64,000 nt of DNA from Mytilus californianus (lineage: Eukaryota), in NCBI RefSeq assembly GCF_021869535.1, contig NW_026262712.1, forward strand, positions 89,466,001 through 89,530,000, written 5' to 3'. Positions 1 through 11,454 of this stretch are shown in pieces; position 1 is the stretch's first letter, and each line of letters opens with the position of its first letter. Under the pieces are notes generated by a model that worked only from the letters and a program-made list of their open reading frames with translations, made no database searches and had not been told where the DNA came from. A program made the translations under genes and the position numbers.

Positions 1-210
1 GTTTCCGTGTTCAGACCCTCCCTTTTACCACCCTCTATTTAAATACCGAAGTGTACAAAAGTGAACGATTCCATAATAATGGAATTCTTGATGTTAAGTC
101 ACATATACTAAAAACACAGAAACGTATCAATATTTACCAATCACTAGTGCACATCCAAAACACACATGAATTTAAGAGCATTACAGTGTGTGAATAATAT
201 AAGAAATTTC
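1..210 (+). mobile_element. Penelope-like retroelement remnant (end of RT domain), frameshifted
   Basis: Reads YLNTEVYKSERFHNNGILDVKSHI, then after a frameshift TETYQYLPITSAHPKHT, then FKSITVCE. This matches the FLDxxVYK...LDVKTHxKPTETFQY...SxHP...GE pattern of Penelope-type RTs. Confidence 0.7.
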
Positions 211-1051
211 TACTTCTACCACTAAGTGACCACCGTCATTTGGTTGACTATCCTGTCACTGTTTGGTGTGCGCTTGCATACTTAACAAGTCCAAAATTAA
301 TTTTAACAGAAAGGAAATAATTTGTGCTGTACATAACATTTATACATGGTGCAAATAAAAACATGGGACTTGAAATTTAATGTGCATGCAGTAGTCTCTT
401 GAACGAGTCAAGACTTTCTGCAGCGGTCACTGAAATAATAGTGACATCAATGAACTAAATAAACATTTAATTAACTTACAAGATAACTTAATTGATAGAG
501 AATACTGTAAAAAGGAAACAGTAAAAGTTGTAAAAATGTATATTAACGAACAGTCTTTATTTTAATTGTTTTATTTTCATTTGAAACAGATTTTTTTTAT
601 CTGATTTGTCAAAATGACAAGTGTACATAATGATTTTATTGTTACAAATCAAATCCCAAAGCCAACTATAACTTATTATGTAGAAACGACGGCACCATTT
701 TAAAACATCTTTATGTGAATATCTAGACACAGATGTTTGATACCATAGGTCGTTATAATTAAATCTTGACCCGATTTAACTTTTACTTGTTTATCAAAGG
801 GTACAACTGTCAACTTTGCTCAAGTCAGTAAACCCTTGCAATGCATAACATGTAGCTTTACAATAAATATACATGTTTGAAAAGGATCTACAGATTGTTT
901 ATTATCATATATCAGATATGTGAATTAGCGATCTGTGAAAATTCTTTATTGCCATGTTTTAAATATCTTAGATACACCGTATGGAGGTGCTCGTAATTGC
1001 AGGAAGCTAATACAGATAAGATGAATAGGTGTTCCGAATGAACAATAATTT

Positions 1052-1126
1052 TAGCCTGGGATCCTGGCCAACTGCTTGACAGTAGACTATCGACGAAGTA
1101 TTAGATTGGGTCAGGATGCCAGGCTT
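1052..1126. mobile_element. ~75-bp MITE with ~19-bp imperfect TIRs and 9-bp target-site duplication
   Basis: AGCCTGGGATCCTGGCCAA (1053-1071) is inverted to TTGGGTCAGGATGCCAGGCT (1106-1125). CAATAATTT flanks both sides (1043-1051 and 1127-1135). Confidence 0.65.
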
Positions 1127-1130
1127 CAAT

Positions 1131-1205
1131 AATTTAGCTTCGGAATATTCCTCCATAGACTATATTTTAATTTAGCTTCCGAATATTCCTCCATAGACTA
1201 TATTT
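1131..1205. repeat. 38-bp tandem duplication
   Basis: AATTTAGCTTC(G/C)GAATATTCCTCCATAGACTATATTT occurs twice in tandem. Confidence 0.9.
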
Positions 1206-1220
1206 CTAACTAATAAATAT

Positions 1221-1244
1221 GCGTGAACCCTCAGGGGTTCACGC
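1221..1244. other. Perfect GC-rich hairpin (10-bp stem, 4-nt loop), probably a decayed Helitron-type 3' end on the - strand
   Basis: GCGTGAACCC-TCAG-GGGTTCACGC, preceded 7 nt upstream by AACTAA (degenerate AACTAG). Confidence 0.55.
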
Positions 1245-2744
1245 AACATCCACAGGCACTGATAAGGTTTCTGACTTATGACGTGATGAAGCTAATTTTT
1301 TTTAGACCTCGATTGGTTTGTTTTCAAATTATATACGTGTACCCAGGTTGATACGTGTACCCAGATTGATTAAATAGATTTAAGTTATAAATCTGTAAAT
1401 CGTACTTCATGTCGAAAAAACAGACATATAAAAAAAAATCCTATATTTCCGAAAATCATGCATTTTCCAAAATAACAATAAAAGAATATGTCACGAAGCT
1501 TTTTTGAAACTATAGGACGCGCAAAATTCTGATATGTTATTACGATTAAACGGGAGGGAGGAGTATAATTACAAAAAATGTACGTCGGTAGAAATAACAC
1601 TATGGTGAAAAGGTTATAAGTCATAAAAATCTTTAGCAAACAATAGGATGTACAATATTCTCATATTTTATAACAGTTTATACTTGGAAGCGACCAATTA
1701 TGTCAGTAGAAATATCACTTAATGATAGAATTTACAGAAGAACTGCTTGTTTAATATTTTCAGTGAGAGAGAGAGAGAAAAAAAGGACTTACCTCACTAG
1801 TTTTCCACTTCGTTTGTGTAAAGCAACCTAAATAGATAAAATTACTTTATGATTAAAAAAAATATATAAGCTTTGAATCCTTATTTTTTATAAAAGGTTA
1901 TTAACTTTAAAAAAAATATACAAATGGTCTTATTTCAATGAAAAATTATGCAAATAAATTGCTGTTTTTACAAAAAATTACATAAGAGAAGTGAAGGTGA
2001 AGTAGTAGCTGGTTAGTACAGGTAGGCACAAAAAGATTGTCAGAATACAGACCCAATGTGTTTGATTTCCAGTTAACTAAAAATAAAATAGGAAGTATTC
2101 TTAAGAGTTTAAGGATTAATGCACAAATTATCTATTACTGTAACAGCAGTTTCCCTTAAGTATCCCATCTGCAGTAATAACTGGCGAATTTAACTGCTGT
2201 ACCAGCATAAATATTTCAGAATATTGCTGTAATGTGAAAACTGTACATTGCTTAAAGTTCGAACGTCCGATTCTTTGGAAATAAATACATTGTTTAGAGT
2301 ATTATCCATGAAAATAACGATATAAACCTTGCTTGAAAATTAGGTTACCAGAGAAATTAACAACGGTACTAAACTGCCTCCCCAAACATCTTTCCGATGC
2401 ATATATGTCTCATCACTCACTAGATTATACGTAATTTGAGATGAATTTACTGTGGAGAATACAGTGAATACTTCTGTCGTATTTCTTATTTAAACAATTT
2501 TAATTTTAATTTTCATTGCCCGTATATTTCAGTCGATTATTTTTCTGTAACAAAAACAGAAGGAAATACCATGGGGCAATTATATTAATAAAGATGCACA
2601 AACAAGCAAATAAGGACAACAGACAAAACCAGTGGAAAGAAATAGATGCAAATAGAAAACAAGAAACCAAAGAGCAAATTTATCAAAATAGACATGTAAA
2701 GGTGAACACATGGTAAAAAAACACCCAATCGGAACATAAAAAAG

Positions 2745-3062
2745 GAAATGTGGCAGACTGCCAATAAGACAACTGTCCACCAGAATTTAAATGAAGTAGA
2801 TATAAGCATTCATAGGTCACCATACGGACTTCAACAATGAGAAAAATCCATACCGTATAGTCAAATATAAATGGCCCCGACATAAAAAATTGAAATAATT
2901 CAAACGAGAAAACTTACGGTAGAATTTAGAACAAAACAATTTACGATAAACAAATATGACGGACATGAAACAACGACAACCACTGAACTACAGGTTCCTG
3001 ACTTAGGACAGGTACATAAAGAATGTGGTGGTGTTAAATATGTTTGTGAGCGCCCAACCCTT
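2745..3062. mobile_element. Interspersed repeat family A copy (core ATGTGGTATGATTGCCAATGAGACAACT)
   Basis: Diverged copy of the core plus the body ...CAACGACAACCACTGAACTACAGGTTCCTGACTTAGGACAGG. Other copies in the window are listed separately. Confidence 0.75.
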
Positions 3063-3317
3063 GTTGGCTTAACTCAAAAAATCGGTACGAAGCACAAAAT
3101 CAACTAACATAAAGATAATAGCCACATAGCATCGATATAAGAGTAATCGCATGCAATTACTGAAAGCTAGTTCAAAGCGAATTACAACTAATAAATAGGT
3201 CATTTGTCTACCAAACTAATGCATTGTGACAAATTCTTACCTAATCTTCTCTAGTCTATAGAAATTGTGATTTATTCAACAGATGTGATAAAATGCTGAA
3301 AACCAAAATCCAATTTC

Positions 3318-4340
3318 AAACTAGATAACTGACATGTCAGCATGGTCCCCTTACACACTTAAGTTGTTTGAGGAACAGAAACAATAATTAGTACTGGTGC
3401 AAAATTACAAGTTCTAGTGACATCAATTTTCGTAGACACTATGACATAGTTCAGAATGTATTCTTCATGAATATAAATTTTCGTTAAAATCCATGTTTTA
3501 AGTATTTTGGTGACCATTTTGAACATGGGAGCCGACCGATAATTTTGACACCGAAAATCTACTTGAAATAGCATATCATTCATTTACAATTTTCGATGAT
3601 ATCCTACCAAACAAATGTGTAACTTACTATACGGTATGGGTTATGCTCAATGTTGAGACCGTACTGTGGCATTCCTTTTTATTATGAAACAGAATTTTTT
3701 CTCCAACTTTGTGATTTTTAAATTAAGGGTGAGTTTTTTTCCCAAAATTTGACACAAAAAATCAACTTTGAATAGCATTTTATACCGGTATAGTAATATT
3801 CGTTGAAATCCTAGCAAAAAGATGTTTCTCAAAATTAAAAAAAAATGAAAATTTTAACTAAGTTTTTACCACAATTTTCTTTAAAATTTCTTACGCCAGT
3901 AATCAAACTGGAATATCATACAAAATCCTACATATATCATTTTTCTTTGAAATACCATCACAAAAACTATGCTTAAGCACAAATCCCACATCCACTCCAC
4001 AATTTGAACATACTGCTTTGACACCGGGAATCGACTTAGAAAGCTAATTATACCTATACATATCAATTTTCGTCGAAATCCTAGTAAAAAAGATGTTTCA
4101 AAATTTGTGGTTTTTGTTTTACAAAAACTAATTTTTTTACAACAAAATTTGTCAAAATTTAACAAAAATCTAAAAGAGACTTTCCATGAGAAGATACATT
4201 TTGTACTAACACTGTGCATACATATTAAGCAAATTAGTTGAGATCATTTTGAACTAATGTACAACCTAAAAGTGATAACGGACAAACAGACTCGCAGACA
4301 GGCAGGTAGGCAAGGTGGTAGTTATAGGGGACCTTAAACA
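3318..4340 (-). mobile_element. Non-autonomous Helitron/Helentron-type element (HINE-like) with decayed internal tandem repeats
   Basis: Left end AAACTAG, palindrome CTGACATGTCAG (3329-3340) and GGTCCCC. Right end has a GACA/GGCA microsatellite (~4280-4315) and GGGGACC (4327-4333). Internal TGACAC...AATTTTCG..GAAATCCTA units occur 3 times. A family A fragment is nested at ~3625-3670. Confidence 0.6.
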
Positions 4341-4484
4341 ATAGGGAGAGACACCAAAAATTCGATGACCAGTTTTTTCTGACATACAACACATAAACAT
4401 GTAGCGCGTCTATCAGTTTTGTAAGTACTCAGTCCCCTGAATGATTTTGGGTATTTAAAGAAAACAATACGATAGGTCATAAAG

Positions 4485-4690
4485 GTTAGAAGATACCATA
4501 GAGACAATCAAAATCAGGAACGGCACGAGGAATGGCAACATAACTGTCAGAGAAAAAGGCAAAATCAAACTACCAATCACAAAACATCACTCAGAAAACT
4601 AAGGATTGAACAGCGTAAATCACACAAACAAGAGGATAAATCAGGTGCTCCCGAAGGTTATTCAGTTCTATCTTCACTTATAGCACCAAT
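4485..4690. mobile_element. Interspersed repeat family E copy (GAAGATACCAAAGGGAC...AAAACTAAAGATTGAGCAAC type)
   Basis: Related copies at ~6120-6225 (reverse), ~45655-45745, ~48105-48305 and ~61030-61170. Confidence 0.65.
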
Positions 4691-5539
4691 ATAAAACCCA
4701 CAATAAAATTCAAGCCCAAAGATCACTATTTCAGATCAGATGGTACATTAATAAACAATAATGTTGATGATACTATCAAAGAAACCATGCATGTATGATC
4801 ATGCATATTTCAAGTACGAAAAGTACAAATGAAAATTTAGTTACTAATATAATAGATTCGCTTGCCAATAATGTCGAAACAAAAAAAAGAAAGATAGATA
4901 CTTAGATTGTTTACTTAATTCTTTTAGTTAAAAGGTTGATTCATATATACAAATAAACAACATATATTTGAAATACGTCAAACCATCAAAAAAAAAAGAC
5001 ACGTCAACAAATTATAAACAAGGAGCATATTTTTTTTATCTATTTGTAGTGCAATAAGTATGGTACAATTGTAGAGCTTAGAGGTTGTGGTACACTAGTA
5101 GCAAATATTATATAGACAACAAAACATTATAACAGATTGTGGTTATGCAGTTATTACTTCGTTGAAAGATTCTAAAATTAATAACAAACACTGAGCTGCC
5201 ATAGTATTATATTGTTTCAGTAACAAATGGCAACACTTGTATTGTTTCAAAAAGATACACATTTGTACATTTCACATACTTTCGAATATAAGTTCATTTT
5301 TATACACTATATAAACATCAAATCTGGTGTAATGTATTAGTGTATATCTTTTAGGTTTTTGTCAACAAAAAGAAACAATACAAAATGCATGCTTCAAAGA
5401 TCGTCGCATGTTGTAAGTTGTCTTTACCTCATGTATCAATGTCATCTCGAGTCGTTAGTTGATTAAATTCAGTGAGTAAATTTACAACGTTTTCTCGAGG
5501 TCTTCTTAAACTACTTCGAAAAGTAAAAGCATCTAAGAT

Positions 5540-5569
5540 ATGGCATCTGCAAACAGAGTAACTTTTAAG
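5540..5569 (+). CDS. Candidate first coding exon MASANRVTFK (gene assignment uncertain; possibly the Hv gene)
   Basis: Strong start context (aagatATGG) and strong donor AAG|GTAAGA at 5570. Phase 0 matches the open phase-0 acceptor at 50084. There is no homology evidence. Confidence 0.35.
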
Positions 5570-6662
5570 GTAAGAATATTTCAACTATCAGTATGTTATA
5601 TCCTTCCCATAAAATTTATGAATTCCGCATAAGATAACGTTTCCTCCATAAGAAATGAAGACTGATACTAGTACAATGTAATTTTATCAGTCATACATGT
5701 ACAATGTACATGCTAATCAGTCCCAATCGTTAACAGATATGAATATTCGAATTTATACTTTTTTGTGTCTGCAACAATTAAATTTATTTCCACCACTTAC
5801 CATCCAAGATTTATACGACCAACGTGTAGAGGAATCCGGGAACGCGAAATTACAACAATTCTTAACAAATACAAAATTTACTAATTCCTTTTAGTGATTC
5901 TTTTTATATTTTTCATTTTTGGGGTGTATTATTATTTTAGGTGTTAATTGTGCCAATAGCTTGTTATGTAGATATATTTCACTCATAACAGTGTTATCAA
6001 AGTATTGCATTGTCGATATAAAATTGTTTTCGTTGCCATTTCTTATATTTTCATCACTGAATTATATAAGTATTACCAGATTTGTGGTACAAATCTTCAG
6101 TTTTCTGTGTAGTGCTAAGTGAATTGAATTTTGTCCGTTCGACCTTTGTTTGCCCTTTCTTCTTGTGGTCATTAGGTTGTCTCTGTAGCCTCAAATTTTA
6201 GTTTTTTCATTACCACCTTTATAGCACATCCCCCTTTTTAAGTACTTAAAATAGACACGACACTCTTTGATCTGCACTCTCAAAGTAAAAATTTGTACAG
6301 TAAGTGGTAAATATGCAATAAAATGTGTCAGATCTGTCGTATTAGTCCGTGTTCTGTTTTGAATATTGATAGGGGTAAGAACAGGTCAGTTTTAATTTCA
6401 AATATAATATTTTTATTGAAGTTGTATAATGTCAAACTGAAGTATAAAATGTGACGAAAATAACTCAGCATTGAGGTCTCCTTCAAGGACATGTCATAAT
6501 CTTATATTAACCATTCTTACCAAAGATAAGGTTACTGATAAGATAGTTCACTTTATATACGACTGTATTCGTTAAGATTTTGGAAAATAGAGTCAAGTTT
6601 ATAAGATCACACCCTCAACTATACCTGAAAAAAGGTAAGGGACAATAATACTGATACCATAC

Positions 6663-6766
6663 TTTCGCTGCATTGAAGGCCCATTGGTGGCTTTCGGCTG
6701 TTGTCTGCTCTTTGGTCAAGTTGTTGTCTCTTTGACATATTCCCCATTTCCATTCTCAATTTTATT
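6663..6766. mobile_element. Interspersed repeat family D copy (partial)
   Basis: TTCGGCTGTTGTCTGCTCTTTGGTC...TTGACATATTCCCCATTTCCATTCTCAATTTTATT, nearly identical to 11530-11629. Confidence 0.85.
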
Positions 6767-7078
6767 TCAAGGCTGTCACTATCAGAGTCATTTTCAGGGA
6801 GGGGGTCCATGGGTCATCCTGGATTTTTTTAGCCAAATTTTTAATGACAATAACTCACACAAAAGTCTTGTGTCATTTTAGTTCCATCTTTGAATATGTG
6901 TTATGCCTAGACTCACAAGGCTTGGTTAACAATATATAAACTTGAAGAACATATTATCATTTTGAAATTAACTGTATTAAAATGTTAAATCCATTTTTTA
7001 CATGATCATGATTTTTTCGATTTCTAAAAGTTAATTAAGATAAATTGGGCTGACTATAAAAGACATATGATATTTTTA

Positions 7079-8150
7079 CTGGAAATTTGGGGATATGAAA
7101 ATAAGATGAATATTGAGAAGATACATTTACAGTTCTGCAAAAAAATTCTGGGGGTTAGGTCATCGACCGCAAATTTCATGGTCTATGGTGAAGTTGGCCG
7201 ATTTCCTATCGAAATTAGTATAAAGATGAAAATGATTTGTTTCTGGTACAAACTTGTAACAAATGTTGATAAACTGTCTGGAAAACTCTACAAGCTTATG
7301 TTTAATTTATTTGAAAATGGAAATAATTTTTTTAAGTGGATTAATTATGTTAAATCTATTTTTGATGAAACTAGTAACAGTGAAATCTGGCATGTACAAG
7401 GAAACGTTAATTTGATTTTTTTTTTAAATTAACGTTAAACAAAGACTCCATGACCAGTTTATACAAAAATGGTTTTCGGATATCGATAACTCATCAAGGG
7501 GGAAGTTCTATTCAAAATTTAAGACTAACTTCTGTATGGAACCCTATCTAATTAGACTTAGAAAATTTAGTAGACTCTATATTTGCAAACTTAGCACTTG
7601 CAATATCAAATTTCCTATCGAAACGGGGAGATGGAATATAATTCCAGAAATTGAAAGAAAATGTTAGCTTTGTAAGACTGGTCTTGGAGATGAGTATCAT
7701 TACATAGCGCTTTATAACAATGCTGATGTTATTGAAGTAAGAAATGCATATATTCCTAATTACTACAGAATCAACCCAAATATCAACAAACTTTATGGAA
7801 TGTTGAAATATTGCAACTTAAATGTATTAACTAACCTTTCTATTTTCATTCGAAAGGTTGAAAAACTACTGCTTTCTCTATAAATCATCACATATGAATA
7901 TTTATATATGTTACACTTTTTGTTACTATCCATTATCATTTTATTGTGTTCATGTAATCACTTGGTTATTTAAACTTTACAGATTGCACGGACTTTTTGC
8001 GATCTGGTCAATAGATGTAGTATACATTTAGTTTTGTTTTATTTTATGTATTCTACTCATTTCGCTTCTATGTTATTTGTAAATTTATGTGTATTTGTCG
8101 CTCCTGTTACGCAGGAAATCTGCGTCTGAGTGTATTTTGAATAAACAGCA
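7079..8150 (+). mobile_element. Decayed 3' end of a non-LTR retrotransposon (RTE-X/Proto2-like C-terminus), pseudogenised
   Basis: EIWGYEN..IEKIHLQFCKKILGVRSSTANFMVYGEVGRFP, a frameshift in the T-run at ~7420, then VKQRLHDQFIQKWF...FPIETGRWNIIPEIERKC*LCKTGLGDEYHY (zinc-knuckle motif with an internal TAG). Stop at ~7883, AATAAA at 8140. Confidence 0.85.
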
Positions 8151-8489
8151 AAACTGAATGAAAAAGGTAGAGCAGAATTTTGTTGTTGAAGTTAAAAGAA
8201 TACTGATCTATTTTTATACAAAAAATCCGCAACACTTACTCTCCTATTTTCATTAACACTTTCATTGCATATGTTTGTTATTTAGTTAAATAAATAACAA
8301 TTGTTTTGATGAGTGTTAAATAACCAGAATAAAAAGGAGTAGCAACAGCTGAGTTTTGTATACAAATAGGTCGGTGCTGTTATTCAACACAAACAAATTA
8401 TTTTACTCAATAATTTTAAAGTTCAACAACGTAGATAGATTTCTGATTTTGTTATTTCTTGTGAGTTTCGTCCATTTACATGAATATAA

Positions 8490-8661
8490 ATGAATAATTT
8501 AATTTTGGATGTAACACGTCTTCTGATTGGCTGAAAGTGTTTTGTCTAAAAAATGTGGTGCACACTTTTAAATAACCCGCTACGCGGGTTATTCAGTGTG
8601 CGCTACATTTTTGATGTTATTTCTTCATAGATAGAAAAAATATTACAGTCATTCCTTAAAT
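8490..8661. mobile_element. Small palindrome-centred non-autonomous element
   Basis: AATAACCCGC-TAC-GCGGGTTATT (8571-8593) inside longer imperfect arms (AAAAATGTGGTGCACACT / AGTGTGCGCTACATTTTT). TTCTGATTGG on the left, ...CAGTCATTCCTTAAAT on the right. Confidence 0.6.
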
Positions 8662-8929
8662 GATCATTTGCACTTGGGACTCTTCAGTAAGCAGTACAGA
8701 TGGTTTAAAAATGGGTCACACACCTAGTTACATATTGCAGTTTAATGGCAGTTTTCTAGTAAATTAATATTTGGGTCTGTCAGGGAAAACAATATTAACT
8801 TCTAATAGAAATAAAAATCTCAAATTGCCCTTTAACTGTCTTATGTTATGCTAAATCATACCTTATGTCGACAATAATTGGGAGATCCTAAATAATGCCT
8901 CATGCATATAATTAACAGTTCATATGTGC

Positions 8930-9029
8930 ATGTGGGAGGGAACCCCCCATTTTTTTTACGATCAATGCTTTTGAATGGGGACATATGGTTGGAACCCCCC
9001 TTTTTATAAATTAGCTGGATCCGCCCCTG
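8930..9029. mobile_element. Partial MITE of the CAGGGGCGGATCCAG family (right TIR only)
   Basis: Shares GACGATCAATGC.TTTGAATGGGGACATAT.GTTGGAA with the full copy at 35178-35303 and ends CTGGATCCGCCCCTG. Confidence 0.75.
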
Positions 9030-9552
9030 CAGTTTGTGACAAAAATGCATGGAGAACCGGCAAAAAAGTCTTGTCCATTAGTTCTATTAGATGTAGGTGG
9101 TTGTGGTGAAAATATTCAGTACAAATTAAAGCTAGTAGGAACAGTAATCACCCCACATGCACAATTCCATGGCTAAACATTTAGAGTGAATGCTTACATT
9201 TGTAATACGTCCCTCTTTTTGACACTTGAACACGTATTGAACAGAATGTCACCATTGTTTGGTAAATAGGTGAAACAGTCTAGTCAAGATTTGTCTTATC
9301 ATCTCACTGTGTTTTTCTTATTTTGGGGAAATTTAGGTTGACAAAAGATTTTTTATTGCTTTTGTTTAATTGATAAAATATGAATCTGGACAATAAGAGC
9401 TTGTCATATTATATAGACACCCGTTTATTGTTGGACTGTATATTGCCCCTAGATGTTCTTTGGTTATTTTCGTTGTTGGGTTTCTCTCTCATCGAGATAT
9501 ATCCCACATGTCCTTGTATTCATAAACATAGATTACTGTAGAATGGTTTATA

Positions 9553-9932
9553 TTTATTATATGAGCTCGTATATTTTGCAGTTGAGTCCATTTTATAAAT
9601 AACACATATCTGAGAGGGTGATAGAGCAGATTGTTACCCCGAGAAAACATTGTCAACTGAGGCGAAGCCAAGGTTGACAATGTATTTTCGAGGGGTAACA
9701 ATCTGCTCTATCACCCTCTCAGATATGTGTTATTTAATTTATTATATTGAATGTTCTTTTATTACTGTCTATTAAATTTCAAATTCAAAGCCGTCTTGTA
9801 CATAACAATCATCCGTATTTATTAAAGCGCACACTTGAGCAAGCGTCTCCGTGAAGGGTAATAGAGTAGAGTAAATTGTCTACCTCGTATTAACCAATCA
9901 AAATCTGGCATTTTGACATGAAGTATAATAAA
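9553..9932. mobile_element. ~380-bp element built around a 141-bp palindrome
   Basis: 45-bp perfect inverted arms at 9596-9640 and 9692-9736, with centre GAGGCGAAGCCAAG. Terminal TTTATTATA...TATAATAAA and subterminal AACCAATCA. Confidence 0.75.
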
Positions 9933-10611
9933 AAAAAGTTGTCCTGTGGAATATATATTGTACCCTAAGATATTTCAATATTTCATGACTATGTATCATT
10001 ATATTTTGTCCCCATCTATGAAAAAATGTCCAGGAGAGGACAAATTTTCATATGAAATGTTGTTTATATATGGATAATATCTGATAGATAGATAGATAAT
10101 AATTGAGTTTTGTCTCGTTAAAGGGAGGTTATCCAAAGTTATATTCTGTACATACTGAGACAATAGTTGATGGAAGTTTGTCATGCAATTTTGTCTCATG
10201 AAAGAGAGGTTATAAAAAGTAATATTGTGGACGATGATATAATTGAAGTGTTTTATTTCATTGATAATCACAAACATATATGATTAGGTAGTGTCATTAT
10301 ACATTACTTATATCTATACAATATAATATGGTTTAATTAACATATTTTACTCTAATCCTTTATAAATGCAAATTTGAAATAGCTTATAAATGATAAAATA
10401 TATGTTCGTTTGATATATAAATAAAATAATTGCCTTACAAAATATTTTTAGTAAATACAAAAATGTGCATGTTTCATACGAGTGTACTGTAGATGAAAAT
10501 TTTTTGATGCATCATATCTCTGTAATACACATACTTTTCAAGAACAATATTTCCAAGATTCAAGAAACACTCTCACAATTCAATGGCATAAGATTCCCCA
10601 GGGTATGCATA

Positions 10612-10950
10612 CTTGTCATGGACAGAAATTCACAGTGAAATATTGTCAGGGACAGAAATTCACAGTGAAGTATTTTCATGGACAGTATTTCCCTGTGAAA
10701 TATTGTCATGGACAGAAATTCACAGTGAAATTTTGTCAGGGACAGTATTTCACTGTGAAATATTGTCATGGACAGAAATTCTCAGTGAAATATTTCCATG
10801 GACAGTATTTCACAGTGAAATATTTTAATGGACAGTATTTCACAGTGAAATATTTTCATGGACACTATTTTCCTGTGAAATATTGTCTTGGACAGAAATG
10901 CAGTTGTCAGGGACAGTATTTCACTAGGAAATATTGTCATAGACAGAAAT
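10612..10950. repeat. Diverged 30-bp minisatellite, ~11-12 units
   Basis: Consensus ~GACAG(A/T)A(A/T)TTCACAGTGAAATATT(G/T)TCATG. One unit is internally deleted at ~10890-10911. Confidence 0.95.
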
Positions 10951-11454
10951 TCAGGGTAGACAATATTTCACGGAGGAAATTATTTGATGTATTTAAAAAT
11001 CCACTTGTATTTGTGTATTTTTAAAGAAAAAAATATGTGTGTCGAACACTGGATGAAAATAAATTTGGTTTGACAATTTTTTACCAAATGCTTTTTTTTA
11101 ACCTATTTTATATGCATATATATTTGAAAATTGAATTAGATAAGTTTTTTTTCAAAGCTGTTCTCTTTCACTGCAAATTGAAACACTTTTCATATTGACA
11201 AGATAAAATATTGGGGACTAATAATGCCCTTAGAATGCTTTCTGGGCCTACATGTACCCTTTCTCAGTTGAAATGTCTAACACTGTTTTGTTATTTCTAA
11301 ATTATTTTCTTGGAAATGTAAATAATTTGAAAAATTGCATTGTAAGGGCTCTTTCGTCTACATTTCTTGTCGGATTTTTTATGAACTTCCTTTGTTAGTC
11401 TTGTATGTTTTTATAATTTTAGTTCATTTATATGTTTTGGAGTTTAGTGTGACG

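Noticed and set aside
10560-11024. Cys/His-rich 139-aa ORF and overlapping ORFs
   Set aside because: Open frames produced by the 30-bp minisatellite, with no splice or homology support.
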